Origin: Epithemia pelagica
Taxonomy: Eukaryota > Protista > Bacillariophyta
Assembly: GCA_946965045.2 (NCBI GenBank)
Contig: OX337230.1
Location: 1,922,001-1,986,000, forward strand
Direction of reading: 5' to 3'
DNA length: 64,000 bases
Part shown: in pieces, positions 31,168 to 42,679 of the stretch
How positions within the stretch are numbered: position 1 is the stretch's first letter
Layout: the number at the start of each line of letters is the position of its first letter
Program-made: the position numbers and the translations under genes
The notes under the pieces: generated by a model
What the model saw: only the letters and a program-made list of their open reading frames with translations
Database searches by the model: none
What the model was told of the DNA's origin: nothing

Positions 31168-34100
31168 ATGCCAGAAAGAGGAGGTGCAACACCTGCAATC
31201 GCATCGTCGGCACACAATGACGAAGGGCAATCCCCTGGTCGACCACGAAATGAGTTTGCCTCTACAAGTGCAGTGGAGGAATCGACACCAGAATCGACCG
31301 CCGCAGCAACAACTCGTCCACAGGTGACAACAACGGGGATCCCATCTCCTTCTTCATCGTCGTCTCCTCGAGGACAACAACGAGGAATCCGCTACTCATT
31401 CAGCAGCAGAGGCGGTGTACCTTCCAATCCCAATCACCCTTCCAACACAGCAACCCAAGCGTCTGGAAGAAGAAAGAAAAAGAAGGCATCGGAAGTGTCC
31501 ATTCGCAGTGTGGTGCAACGTGTATCTCATCGAGCTGCGCTTTCGACAAAGCAAGCGGTTTGGGATTCCAATGATATTTCCATGGACGCGGCCGTCCGTG
31601 CGGTTGATCAATGGGAGGCCATGTACAACTTCCTGCGGCAATGCAGTATATTGCTCTTGCAACAAGGACAAACATTATATCAAGCCAGCAAATCGGGAGC
31701 TCAGCAAATGGAACAAGGAATATTGCGTCCCATTCGTGATTGGATTGTGTTACCTGCCTTTGGAGGAATGGAACAAGGAGTCATGCTTCTCCAATCGGAT
31801 CGCATGCATCATTTCGCAGAGCAATCGCTGCAACTTTTACGATGCGTCCCTTTGATTGGTGACACCATTCTCTGCCCTAGTCTCGTCGTTGTGGGAAACG
31901 TTGCGCAAACATCATGGCACGTTGTTCAGTATCCCATTCCATCCAAGCAACAGGTACGAGATACGGTAGATTGGACATTGACCTTGTCCAAATGGGCCTT
32001 GTATAGAACCTGTCGCGAATTGGTTTGGTACATAAAGCGAGCAGATGCGAGCTTTCGACGATCATTGTCTCATACACAATGGAAAGTTATGGGAAATGGT
32101 CCTTACGGCACGTTGGATGAAGCCACGAAACAGGATGTCTTGTCCCACATGACGGATCGCTATTGCAGCCTTTGTCCTCATTACAATCAATTGTGGTACC
32201 AAAACGACACGGAGAACAAGGATACGACCAAAATCAGCAATAGTCCTCGTGAAGCTGTTGATCACGATTGTATCGTGGCCCGATATGAACTGGCGGCCGA
32301 AATCAAACGACATAATCCTACATTGTACAATGACTTGATCCGTTCGGGTCTCTTGTTGCAGCGAGGTGGAACCATGTTAAAAGAAGATGAGTGGCTGAAG
32401 CCATGCCCAGTGTATCGATATTTGGAGTGCCATAATTTCTTGATCCCCGAAGAATCACTTGAGGATCTGTCGTCGTCTCCTTCCCCTCCTTCTTCTCTAG
32501 ATTCGACCAAAGTCATCATGCCTCTTTGGTTCCGTCTTCCTTCCATCAATTGGAAACCACCTCCTAAAGATACTCCCTGGGTATGCTTTTCAGAATCGGA
32601 TCAACATACTATTGAACAGTGGTATCGTCAAATTATTTTGCAAGGACCAAAACACAACGCCAATCCTTCTTCACAAACCAACACGACCCAAACTTTTGCA
32701 GACCCACATGCCGACACCCTAGGACCAATAGTTGAGAATCACACGAATGGCCTGGATGAAACATTTGAGGCATCGAATCTTTCTCCGCAAGTAACACCAC
32801 AAGTATCAGAACAAGAACCAACAAAATCTTCGAAACAGCATCCGACCATTGCTCAATGGCATATTCCAGATCCATCAACAGATGTTCTAGTGGACCAAAA
32901 ACGCCATGCTGTATCGATATGGTTGCAAACTGGTTCTTCTGAATTCCAAGTTAAGGAAGATGTTGAAACTGAAACGACATCGGAGTCCGCCAGTACATGT
33001 CATCCAGACGTGAAGCGTCCGCAACGGACCCCCTTCCTGGTTCCCCCTCCGTTTAGGGCTGCAATGAGGCCTACCCTATGGCGTTTCCATGGATCAGGCG
33101 ATGCCGTCGTACGGTCAAATTGGTTTTTGGATACTCCTCGAAATGGACTACAACCCTTCGATGATGATGCACAAAATGTACTCGAAGATGCATACCTCTT
33201 TCTGAAATGGATGTCGATTCAAAAGGAGTCATGGTCTTCTACAAAAGCGGTGAATAGATTGGAAACTGACCAAGCGCTGGACGACGAAAGCAATGACGGT
33301 GTCAACAGAGATTCCATTGGCGGACAACTGTTGACAATTGAAGTGACATGTCCTGACGGCGAAGAACGTTTGGTACAATTTGGATCGTTAACTCACGCTA
33401 CTGCGATTCAGAAAGGATTTGGTGCAGCCGTAAGTATCAACAAGCTCCGGGTTTATCGTGGGGCATGGTTGGCTAAACCGAGAACGAACGACGCAGACGA
33501 CAGTGACGTACAAACGAAATCGGTAGAAACTTTTCTCCAGGAGTCGATTGTCCAAGCAGCCGCTGAGCATGGCACATTAGGCGAAACCCACGTTCCTAAT
33601 ACATGTTTGCGGTCCATTCTCAAACCTCCTCCTGAAATCGAGTTCAATAGTCGCATCTCCATGCTGGAGCGCGATCGCATGGAGACTTCAGAAGAAGAAG
33701 ACTTGGCTGTCCCCACATTTCGTCTCATGGAAGAGGATATGGCTGGGCTTTTGAAAGATTCGAGAGGAGGGAGCGTCGATCATCTTTGTCTCATAGTGCA
33801 TGGGATCGGAGAAATGATGCAGGCGATAGACTTGTTTGGTTTGGCATTACCGAATCTTTCGACTATTGTCGATTGCTGTGATTTTCTTCGAAAAAATCAT
33901 CAAGAAGTCCAAAGCACTGATTTGTCTCAAACAAGCTTGGCTACTTCCATAAAGCGCCCCACCCAACAAGAGGTACCAGGGCGTGTGGAATATCTACCCG
34001 TGGAATGGCACGAGGCATTCTCGATATTGTCTCAACGCCGCACTCCGTCCGTCTCCGTCCCTGATGCCGATCGCACCGAAGATCATTTCATGCTAAAGGA

Positions 34101-35310
34101 TATATCCCTTCCCACTATCCCCAAAATGCGAGAGTTTGCGAATGATACGCTAATGGATGTTTTGTACTTCATGAGCCCTGAGCACCATGATATTATCATT
34201 GACATTGTGACGACGGAAATGAATATCGTCGTCGATAAGTTCCGTCAGCTCACTGGTTTCTCTGGTCGTATATCGGTCATTGGCCATTCCCTGGGCTCGA
34301 TAATTTCATGGGATATCCTTGCCAATCAGCGCACTTCTCCAGAAATGCCTTTGGGTTCAGAGCAAGAAGAGCGTGCTGAATCTGCTGAGGGTAACCAGTC
34401 TAATGGCAGTCTGCAATCACTTCTGTCAGATTACGGGACAGCAAGATCAATACCCGCGGATGGCCCCGAAACGGACCACCCTCCCCTTTCCGTCGCCATC
34501 AACAATCCGCTTTTCTCCTATCCGCAACTTCAGTTTCAAGTGGAGAACTTTTTCCTTATGGGGTCTCCCGTAGCTGTCTTCCTAATGATTCGTAACCAGA
34601 GAAGACCTCTTCATGAATCCTTTTACCTGAACGGCTGTCGACGGGTTTTCAACATTTTTCATCCATACGATGTACGTAGTTGGTGATGATTGATGATCGA
34701 ACTACAGGAACAAATTACACCGTTCTCAATCTATTGTCACTTTTCTCTTTTTCTTGGTAGCCGGTGGCTTATCGTATCGAACCCTGCATAGATCCCGATA
34801 ATGCAAACTTTGAACCAACCATCATAAAGCACTGGAACGGGGGATTTCGCGTGCAGTACCAAACGAAGCGGTTGTGGAGGAAGCTTCTCGATAATACCTG
34901 GGAAACTCAACAGAATGTTGCAGAAGCCTTTGAGGCGGGGTTGACCGGTATGGGTTTGCTGGATTCTGCAGTTGATGGCGGCGGAGAGTCGGACTCGGAT
35001 GACGGATCTGACGTCTTCCGTAACAACTACGTTGTCACAGGACAGTTGAATGGTGGCCATAGAATAGATTACGTACGTGGCGTTTTGTCAGAGGTATTCA
35101 ATTCATTGATGTACCCGCTAACACGAGTCCTGTTTTCTCTCCCCTTAGATGCTACAAGAAAAAGAAATTGAAACAGCCAACGAATATGTTGCTGCTCTTG
35201 CCGCTCATAGTTGCTACTGGACAGAAAAGGATCTTTCGCTATTCATCGCACGTCAGCTCCCACTTCGTAGTGAGGACAATCAGGGGAGCTCTTGGGACTT
35301 AGAGAATTAA
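31168..35310 (+). CDS. DDHD-domain phospholipase (PA-PLA1 / SEC23IP-like), 3 exons
   Basis: HLCLIVHGIGE, VEYLPVEWHE, DVLYFMSP, GHSLGS nucleophile elbow, FFLMGSP..VFL, NIFHPYD|PVAYRIEP, EY..AL.AHSCYW. Stop at 35308-35310. Start inferred at MPERGG. Confidence 0.9.
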
Positions 35311-35565
35311 AAGTTGCGACATAGACCTACGGTAGACACAGAACCATACACAGTACAAGAATATTGATTTAGGGCATGAAGTGGTGTACAAGTCAAAAGA
35401 TAGGGATCCAAACTCATATTGCTCATCCAACAGTTTGAAGGTTTTCCAGGGAGCCAAAGAGCTAAATGAATTCTATAAAATACCAATGTCTACGTCCATC
35501 TTTTCATAGCTCGAGATTCTTACACTTTCTCTTTTGCTGTCGTTGTAGACATGTCCGGCAGTGAT

Positions 35566-37876
35566 TTAACTCACATACTTCTTGTCAATGAAGCGAGTGT
35601 CGTTTCCAAAGTTGAATGCCACGCGGTCATACCTGCTCTCCCACTCGGGATCCATGTTGGGGGTCAAATCGTTGTCATTGCATGTGGGGTTTACATCAGC
35701 ATCGCTATTCGGTTCGCAACAGATACAGCAATCGCAATCAATAAAGCCACCATCACAATCCGCCACCAACAATTCTGTCCCGTCCACGTCATTCGCAGGT
35801 TCCTTAAAGGTATCCAAAGCGCACATATGAGTAAGATTGCCGGTAAGAATGTTGTCTTCAAGAAACATTCCACGCAACTTGGTGAGTTTAGCATATGACG
35901 TTGGAACTTCTCCGTTAAACACATTTCCGTTGAGCAGCATGAATTCGAGGTTCACCAGGTCCCCGTAACTCGACGGAAGGAATCCATTCATGTCATTACT
36001 GCTCAAATCTAACAATATCAAACTTCCAAATGTAGAGATGAAATCAGGAAGATTCCCGTCGCGATTGGTTCCCTTCAACGAAAATTCTTTGAGTTGAGTA
36101 AGGTCTTTGAAGGTCTCCGGGATGGGGCCCGGCACGAAGCCTTCATTATCGGACAAGAAGAGATTTCTCAGCTTTGTCATTGCTCCAATTTCTGTGGGTA
36201 TGTCACCATTGAGGGTGTTGTTGGTGAGGTCTAAATAGTAAACGTTGGGCAAGTTGCCCATGGTTGTTGGTAGTGGCCCTTCAATACTGCAATCCTGAAG
36301 TGCAATGAAGAACATGGCAAAGTTTCTCTGTGGAATCTGAGGGAACGACCCCCCGATGCCCTCAATTCCATGGAAATCAATCAATTGCAGGTCCGGCAAT
36401 TGGAACAAATGAGGCGGGACGGACCCTTCCAGTGGGTTATTGGAAATATCCAACTGGCGTAGATTCGGATTTTGCGTCATGAAGGAATCGTCAACGGTAC
36501 CTGTGAATTTGTTGTCTTCCAGGTAAACGTACCTAAGTTCCGTCATGGAATCAAAGGCTGTCGAGATATCTCCGCTTAAATCATTGTCATCCAAAAAGAT
36601 TTTTTCCAAGCTTACCATATTTCTCATATTCGGTAGCGGTCCCGACAGCTTGGTATTGGGGAACTATGTTCCAGACAAACAAGATGACACAGATCGAAGA
36701 CGTGCAATTGAGCAATGGCAATGACAAAAAGTGTTCGGTACAACTATTCCAACTTACAAAGAGAAGCTCGAGGTTTGACAATTGATTGATACAAGAAGGA
36801 AGGGATCCTCCCACATCGGTAAATCCCATGGACAATTGTCTGAGATTGGTCAAGGCACAAATGGACTGGGGGATAGTGCCACCCAAGAATCCATTAAAAT
36901 TAAAGTCGACCGTGACCAGTGTAGTAAGGACACCCAGTTCTTCTGGTACTGCACCCAAGGCATTCAAGTTATCTGCGTCCATTGTTCATTTCGTACCAGT
37001 ACAAGAAATTCAATTTTATGAATGAGATGGGAAACAGAGGTGATGGAACGGACGTTTCATTCGACAGTGCAAACACTGGAACCAACAGCAGCAAGAGGGG
37101 CAGAGATACGTACCGAGAAAAAGAGCATAGGCATTATCATTGAAACAAATCAACCCGAATCGAATGGTTCCTGAGGTAGTTCGAAGAGCACCATTCCAAT
37201 CGCAAGTGGGTCGGTCACTCAAAAAGTTGAAACTATACCGCCAACTTGTGCCACCACCGGTGGAATAATACACGACCGTCATGATATATCGCAAGGCAAA
37301 CTGATAGGTTTGATCATTGGTATTGATATCCAAGGACGAATCGGGTGTGGCAAAGTTTAGCCGGTCATCTCGTGCCATCCATTCTACCGCCCTGGATTGC
37401 GGGGAAGAGGAGGAAGCAAAGGCGGACGACGGAGACAGACCTCTTGCCACCACATAGTCTTGAATCCCTTCCGAGCTGCTTTTGCGTGCCTGATTTGCTT
37501 CGTCGCGATTGCTGAGTCCAACACCTAGTCCTACCGACAAAATGAGAATGACCAAGAGAGAACAAAAGAAAAAGACAATTGTACCATTGCCCTTGCCCGA
37601 AAAGGCCGGCCGCGATGATTTGGATCGCGGATTGACCGTGGCACGAATTTCTTCGGGTGACGGCAAAGATTCTCCTACCGCTTCGTCATCGTCGAATTCG
37701 ACCGGTTTGAGCGCGACCGGTGAGGACGACGATACGGCCCCCGTTTCGAGCTCTTCCAAGGGCGAAATGTCGGTCATTTCCATTTCTTTGGTGACATGGC
37801 CATTCAGCGGTGGCGGAGGTGCACCGTCCACATCCTGAAACAAGCCGTCTCCGTCTCCCATTTCTCGCGACGTCAT
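35566..37876 (-). CDS. Leucine-rich-repeat receptor-like protein with N-terminal cytosolic part and single TM, 3 exons
   Basis: TM IVFFFCSLLVILILSVGLGVGL; SPQSRAVEWM..DD / RY....VYYSTGG..W...FNFLS....CDW.G cap; LxxLxLxxNxLxGxIP repeats; Cys-rich end CDCCICC. Confidence 0.85.
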
Positions 37877-38389
37877 TGCTAGGTATCGTTTGGCCTGTTC
37901 TCAAAAAATGCGAGCAAACGGAGTAACAAAAAAAGGAAAGCCACAACACCATCAGACAAAGATGCTCTTGGACCTTGCGATTTTTGTCGAGGCAACCTGT
38001 CGAACACATGAAACTCGAATAACGAATGCCGACGCTGCAAAGGCCATCCAAGGACAAAATCACGCTCTCATTTTCAATATCCACAACCGTCAATCATCAC
38101 AGACCAAGACATGACCGACTTGACCATGAGATACACTCACCTTTCTCGGTAAGGCAAATGTTCCCTATAGACTGAATACAAAGACGTTCACAAGAACGCA
38201 ACGCTTCTTTCGCAAGATCGATGGATGAATTCGATCGGTTGGTCCGTCGCGCTTATTTGTCCTCGTGTGCAGCTTCTCGTCTGCGTTGGCCAAAGTCTAA
38301 CGGATTCAATAGAGCAAAACCATCCAAGAAGCACACACAGATTCGCACTCATTTTTTTTGCAAGATCGTTCGGTGCTTGTGAATTTTTC

Positions 38390-38817
38390 GGGAATAGTGA
38401 AATGAGGGACTTTTAGAGGGACATTCAGAAGGACTTTCGGATAAATAGTTTTATTACGCTACGAGAATTTTCTTTGGGCATTGTTTTTACATTACTATAA
38501 TAGGGCCGGCGTCTCTCAAAAAGCTATCCTAAAACTCCGAACGTCTCTCAAAAAGCTATCCGAAAGTCTTTCATTTCACTTTTTAAAGGCTTCATAGCGA
38601 AAGGAGAGACATTCGGGGAAACTTTCGTTTTTAGGGATAGGGTTAAACTGGGGAATGTAGTTGAAGTGGCACTGACAAGACAACTAGGGTCATTTTATTT
38701 AAGAAAAGTCAGTAATGGAGACATGGACGGTCACTGGATGGTCTGTCCGAATGTCAGTCTATATTTTCAAAGTTTCTCCGAACGTCTCTCGTGAAAGTCC
38801 CTCGTTTCACTCCTCTC
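38390..38817. mobile_element. 428-bp non-autonomous Mutator (MULE)-type MITE
   Basis: Exact 9-bp direct repeat GAATTTTTC at 38381-38389 and 38818-38826. Imperfect TIRs of about 40 bp starting with G: GGGAATAGTGAAATGAGGGACTTTTAGAGGGACATTCAGA versus revcomp GAGAGGAGTGAAACGAGGGACTTTCACGAGAGACGTTCGGA. Confidence 0.8.
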
Positions 38818-39564
38818 GAATTTTTCTCCCTCCGCATTTTACTCTGAAGGAAAGTGTACCATGACGAAACAAACCCATTGGGCCTTCATAAATCAACGCG
38901 CTTTCTCACAAAAAGAATCCCCCCTTTTCTTTCCCACTTCCCAAACAAACGCCAAACGAACAAGACCCGAACTAGCTCGAGATCTTAGCATCTACCCTAG
39001 GTAGGTTGCTCAACCACGAATGAAAGCAGCGTACTCCGTGGACACAATCATCATCGTGGACTCTTACTACCTACTCCTAGAAGCTGCTGAAGATGCCACG
39101 AAAACTAGAACCGACATCTATCGGCACTTGCTCCAACACGAACGGCACGCTGAATTGCCCTTTGTAACAGCAAACGGTGATCGTTCCAGAAAGGCTCAAA
39201 AGCAAGCTGCAAACCTGGACTTGACTGGAATTCCTCTAGGGGATTCAAGTTGCGCTGCTTTCATTTAGTCGCAAACTAGAGCAATTTTGTACGAGAGGTA
39301 AGGACGCTTGCAACCGTTGCTTTCAAAAGTCTATTATATCTCGACACGTCTCCATCAATAAGCGTAGCGTCGTCCAGGACAATGCAACAATGATCAAGAA
39401 TGCTCGCAACAAGGCAAATGGTAGCACCGCAACCAGTATCCCTTTTAATCACGCCATCTTTATTCCGTACAAACTGGGCGACAAATTCTGACTGTCGTGC
39501 CTTGAAACCATCTGGTCGTGGCGCCATCCGCAATGGAAGCCTCTCATGATAGATCGATACGCGG

Positions 39565-39993
39565 TTAGTATCTGTATTTGGTGGAGTAGTCTTTGGGTGA
39601 CACGACCAATCCTCTTCCTTTCCGAGCCCCACGATAGACCATTTCAATAATATCAATAAATTCCTGCTTGTCGGTAAGAGCCCAATTGATTTTGTTATTG
39701 TCTCCTGTTCCCAAATCCACCATAATGTGTTTGTTTCGATAAAAGAACATGGTGGTACAATCATCGTACAGTTCATACATGTTGTTGAAATCCGGAACTT
39801 GATCCAAATCCACCAAGTAAATGACGGCAAAATTCTTGACCTTTTCGGCTATACTGGCCAAGACCTCGTCTTGAATCATGCAGGTTGGATCGGTATCGCG
39901 GCCAAAGCGAATCACCACCACACGATCTTCTTCCTTCACAATCGCTTGATCCACCTCCCAACCAGAAGTCAAATGAGGCAACAAATACGCCAT
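39565..39993 (-). CDS. DIM1: U5 snRNP thioredoxin-like protein Dim1 (TXNL4A/Dib1), 142 aa
   Basis: MAYLLPHLTSGWEVDQAI..EEDRVVVIRFG...DPTCM..DEVL..IAEKVKNFAVIYLVD...VPDFN.MYELYD....GARKGRGLVVSPKDYSTKYRY is the near-invariant Dim1 sequence. Confidence 0.97.
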   Translation of the reverse strand: MAYLLPHLTSGWEVDQAIVKEEDRVVVIRFGRDTDPTCMIQDEVLASIAEKVKNFAVIYLVDLDQVPDFNNMYELYDDCTTMFFYRNKHIMVDLGTGDNNKINWALTDKQEFIDIIEMVYRGARKGRGLVVSPKDYSTKYRY

Positions 39994-40186
39994 GATGATT
40001 ACTTTTTTCCTTCTGTATCTCGAAAGGGAGTTCTCCTGTTGTTCGACTGAGTTCAAAGAACGGAGTCGGGCAAGCCGGCAGCAACTTCCGGTAATGTACT
40101 CAAAACACCCCCTAGCGGAGGTGGCTAAGAGGGTTTAATTTCGTGTAGCCACCCCCATCTCTCTGGTGTCCGGTCTAGTCGGCGAC

Positions 40187-40606
40187 TGCGGGGGGTACAA
40201 TAAGCCCCCGCACTCGCACCTTCACCCGCATCAATGTTCCGATGATAAGTTAGGGGGTAAGAGCGGGTAACACGGTAACTGTTATCAGGCTACTTTTTGG
40301 TGCCGGGGCAGTGCGAGTGCGAGGGGGGACTCCAAATCTAAAAATTTAGCGCGGGCGCTCGCAAAAATTGCGTGCAAGTCACTGCGGGCATGCAAGGGCT
40401 GCGAGGGCAACGATTTGCCGCGCCAAAGCTGAAGAGTATCGGTAATCGTCTGTCATTCTATCCGTTGCAGCACTCTCGCATGACAAAACTACGGATAACT
40501 GTTAAGTTTCTAGTAGGAATAATGTTGATGCGATTGCGGGGGCTTGTACCCCCCGCACTCGCACCTTCACCCGCATCTATGTTCCGGTGATAAGTTAGGG
40601 GGTAAG
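40187..40606. repeat. Duplicated 57-bp block, each copy preceded by a GC hairpin, plus an inverted partial copy
   Basis: 40205-40261 and 40550-40606 differ at 2 positions. An inverted GTGCGAGTGCGAGGGGGG lies at about 40311-40328. Confidence 0.9.
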
Positions 40607-40728
40607 CGCTGGAGGACGTCTCTGCTGCTGCTGGAGCTAGGTATGCGCGTCCGCTGGAGAAAAGACTACCTGTGCTACCAGGGTGAAAATACTTAGCTAC
40701 CTAGGCTTGGAAGCTACTCCTAGTGAAG

Positions 40729-40983
40729 CTATCTTATGTGGTGAGAACACATGATCCCAATTCTCACGTAAAAAATGTGGAGTAAAGCTGTAACGGTGGA
40801 AGGGTCCAGTGATGCTTGTTTCGCAGATATGATCAGTCCTCCAATACTGAACGACCTTTCGGAAGAGGCAGCAGTCGCAGGCAATGCAAGATATTTTCTT
40901 GCTAGGCGCCAAATGTTGGGATATCCACTTACTTTCATCTTCCACATCAAGCTCTTCCACCTTTGATGAGTCATCATTATCAT
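40729..40983 (-). pseudogene. hAT transposase C-terminal dimerisation-domain fragment
   Basis: WK....YPNIWRLARKYLALPATAASSERSFSIGG.II...QASLDP.TV. The catalytic E is present, but only the C-terminal fragment survives and it is frameshifted. Confidence 0.85.
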
Positions 40984-41512
40984 TGCAATCAGACATTGTG
41001 GAAGGCAGTGTAAACCAAATGAATGACATAGGGTCAGTAATGACCAGTGCGGAGCAAATGGATGACATGCAACAGTCAGAAAGAACGGTTAAAGACGACC
41101 GCTTCGGATCTTATGTCAAATTAGGATTTGTATCTGTTTTCGATCTTTTAGAAGTAACCAAATAAATAATATGAGAGATAAGAACATCATACGTGTAGCT
41201 CTACTCGTACGGTAGATTGAAGATAGCGGTTCGGCTAGTAAAATATCAAGTACCGATACATTTTGGCAGAGGTTGCAGAAGCTTTGTATGGGTTTGACAC
41301 AGGGGTTGCTTTGGCCTTTTCAATCCATGGCAGAGGTTTTACAATGCCTTTGGCGTACTTTGGCACGGGTCGGAAAAGCCATCAATGGTGATGGCAGAGG
41401 TTGTCAAGTGTGGGTTTTGTACACGGTGTCAAAGACGATTCCTTCTTTCTTCGAGAACGGTAAGCGAGCCCCAAGATCAAAAGGAATGGGGTTTTTTGTA
41501 GTATCCGGTATG

Positions 41513-42379
41513 CTAATCCCAAACTACTCCCTGCGGGGCGATCATCCGAAGGAAATCGAGATTTCCCGCTGCGGTGGCGGCGGCCCAAGCAACAAGAGCA
41601 GAGCGAGCAATGCCAGCATCTTGGCGATTGGCAAATTGATACAAATCCGGTATGGGTACTTGCACAGGCGCGACAGCGCCCCCTGGTGCGGGGGCCGGTC
41701 GCCGAATCGGGAAGACCGGGGCCGCGGTCAACCGCCCGTTGTTCCCCCCGGCGGAAACAGGTAGTGCTATGAGCACATTGGCAATCCCTGCTGGAGGGGC
41801 GCCTCCATTGGCACCTCGTATGAACAGAAACACTGGATCCGTTATATCGAGGAACAATGGAATCTTGTATGCGTAGGTCTCCAGCCAGCACTCATACGCG
41901 TCCCAGTCCTGACGGTCCTTATCCTCAAGCACTACTTGAGTATAGGAGAGAATAGTCTCGAGGACTTCGCTAATCTCTGAAAGTTTCTTTGGCTTGGGAT
42001 ACTTCGTCATGACGGGGCGGCAAACCTCGAGGATCTCCGAAGACGTCATGTGCTTCCCCATTGCTGGTCCACGGCAGCATTTTTGTGCATTTCTTTGGCA
42101 GAGGTGTTCTAGAGCGACAAAAGCTTCTTTTTCTTCAGGCGTATTGCCGACTTCTATAAAATCAAAGCTTGCCAAGGCCTCATCGGACAGTTTGGAGGCT
42201 AGGACGACCACGGCGGGGGGGAAATCTTGGACTTGCTTTAGCGCATCCCTGGCACGCTGGACATTCAAAGGCTTGCGGAGCTTTTCCACCATCTGAAGAG
42301 CTTTCTTGAGGCCCACAGTTGAATGTGCACGACATCTTTTGTGTGGCACGGAACTGGGGTTGACTTTTCGCTTCGGCAT
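41513..42379 (-). CDS. Orphan 288-aa ORF next to the TE patch
   Basis: Long intronless ORF starting with an NLS-like MPKRK. It ends in AAATAAGNLDFLRMIAPQGVVWD, which resembles a single ankyrin-type repeat. No family recognised. Confidence 0.5.
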   Translation of the reverse strand: MPKRKVNPSSVPHKRCRAHSTVGLKKALQMVEKLRKPLNVQRARDALKQVQDFPPAVVVLASKLSDEALASFDFIEVGNTPEEKEAFVALEHLCQRNAQKCCRGPAMGKHMTSSEILEVCRPVMTKYPKPKKLSEISEVLETILSYTQVVLEDKDRQDWDAYECWLETYAYKIPLFLDITDPVFLFIRGANGGAPPAGIANVLIALPVSAGGNNGRLTAAPVFPIRRPAPAPGGAVAPVQVPIPDLYQFANRQDAGIARSALVAWAAATAAGNLDFLRMIAPQGVVWD

Positions 42380-42679
42380 GGTTAACTAGACGGTGTGCGA
42401 TGAAGTGAACAGTTGTTGGGCGGTCACCCGGACTTAAGAAACTAAGCTTTGACTTTGACCGCTTCGCGCGCGGTGTGCGATTTTACCGCGACTTGGCCAA
42501 CAAAACCGAGGTAATGCATTTCACCATGAGCCATGGGATGACATGCTCTTCGCCGACGAATGAGAATTGAGATAGGTAATCTCTTCAGAAGCGCACCATT
42601 CGATGAAAATGAAAGTGACGAGGTAGTGCTCCAAAGAAAGAGACGTACTCATCGAAATTGAAGCCTGCATCCAAACATA

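Noticed and set aside
40187-40330. Hammerhead ribozyme, snoRNA or tRNA
   Set aside because: No CUGAUGA...GAAA core, no C/D box pair and no cloverleaf.
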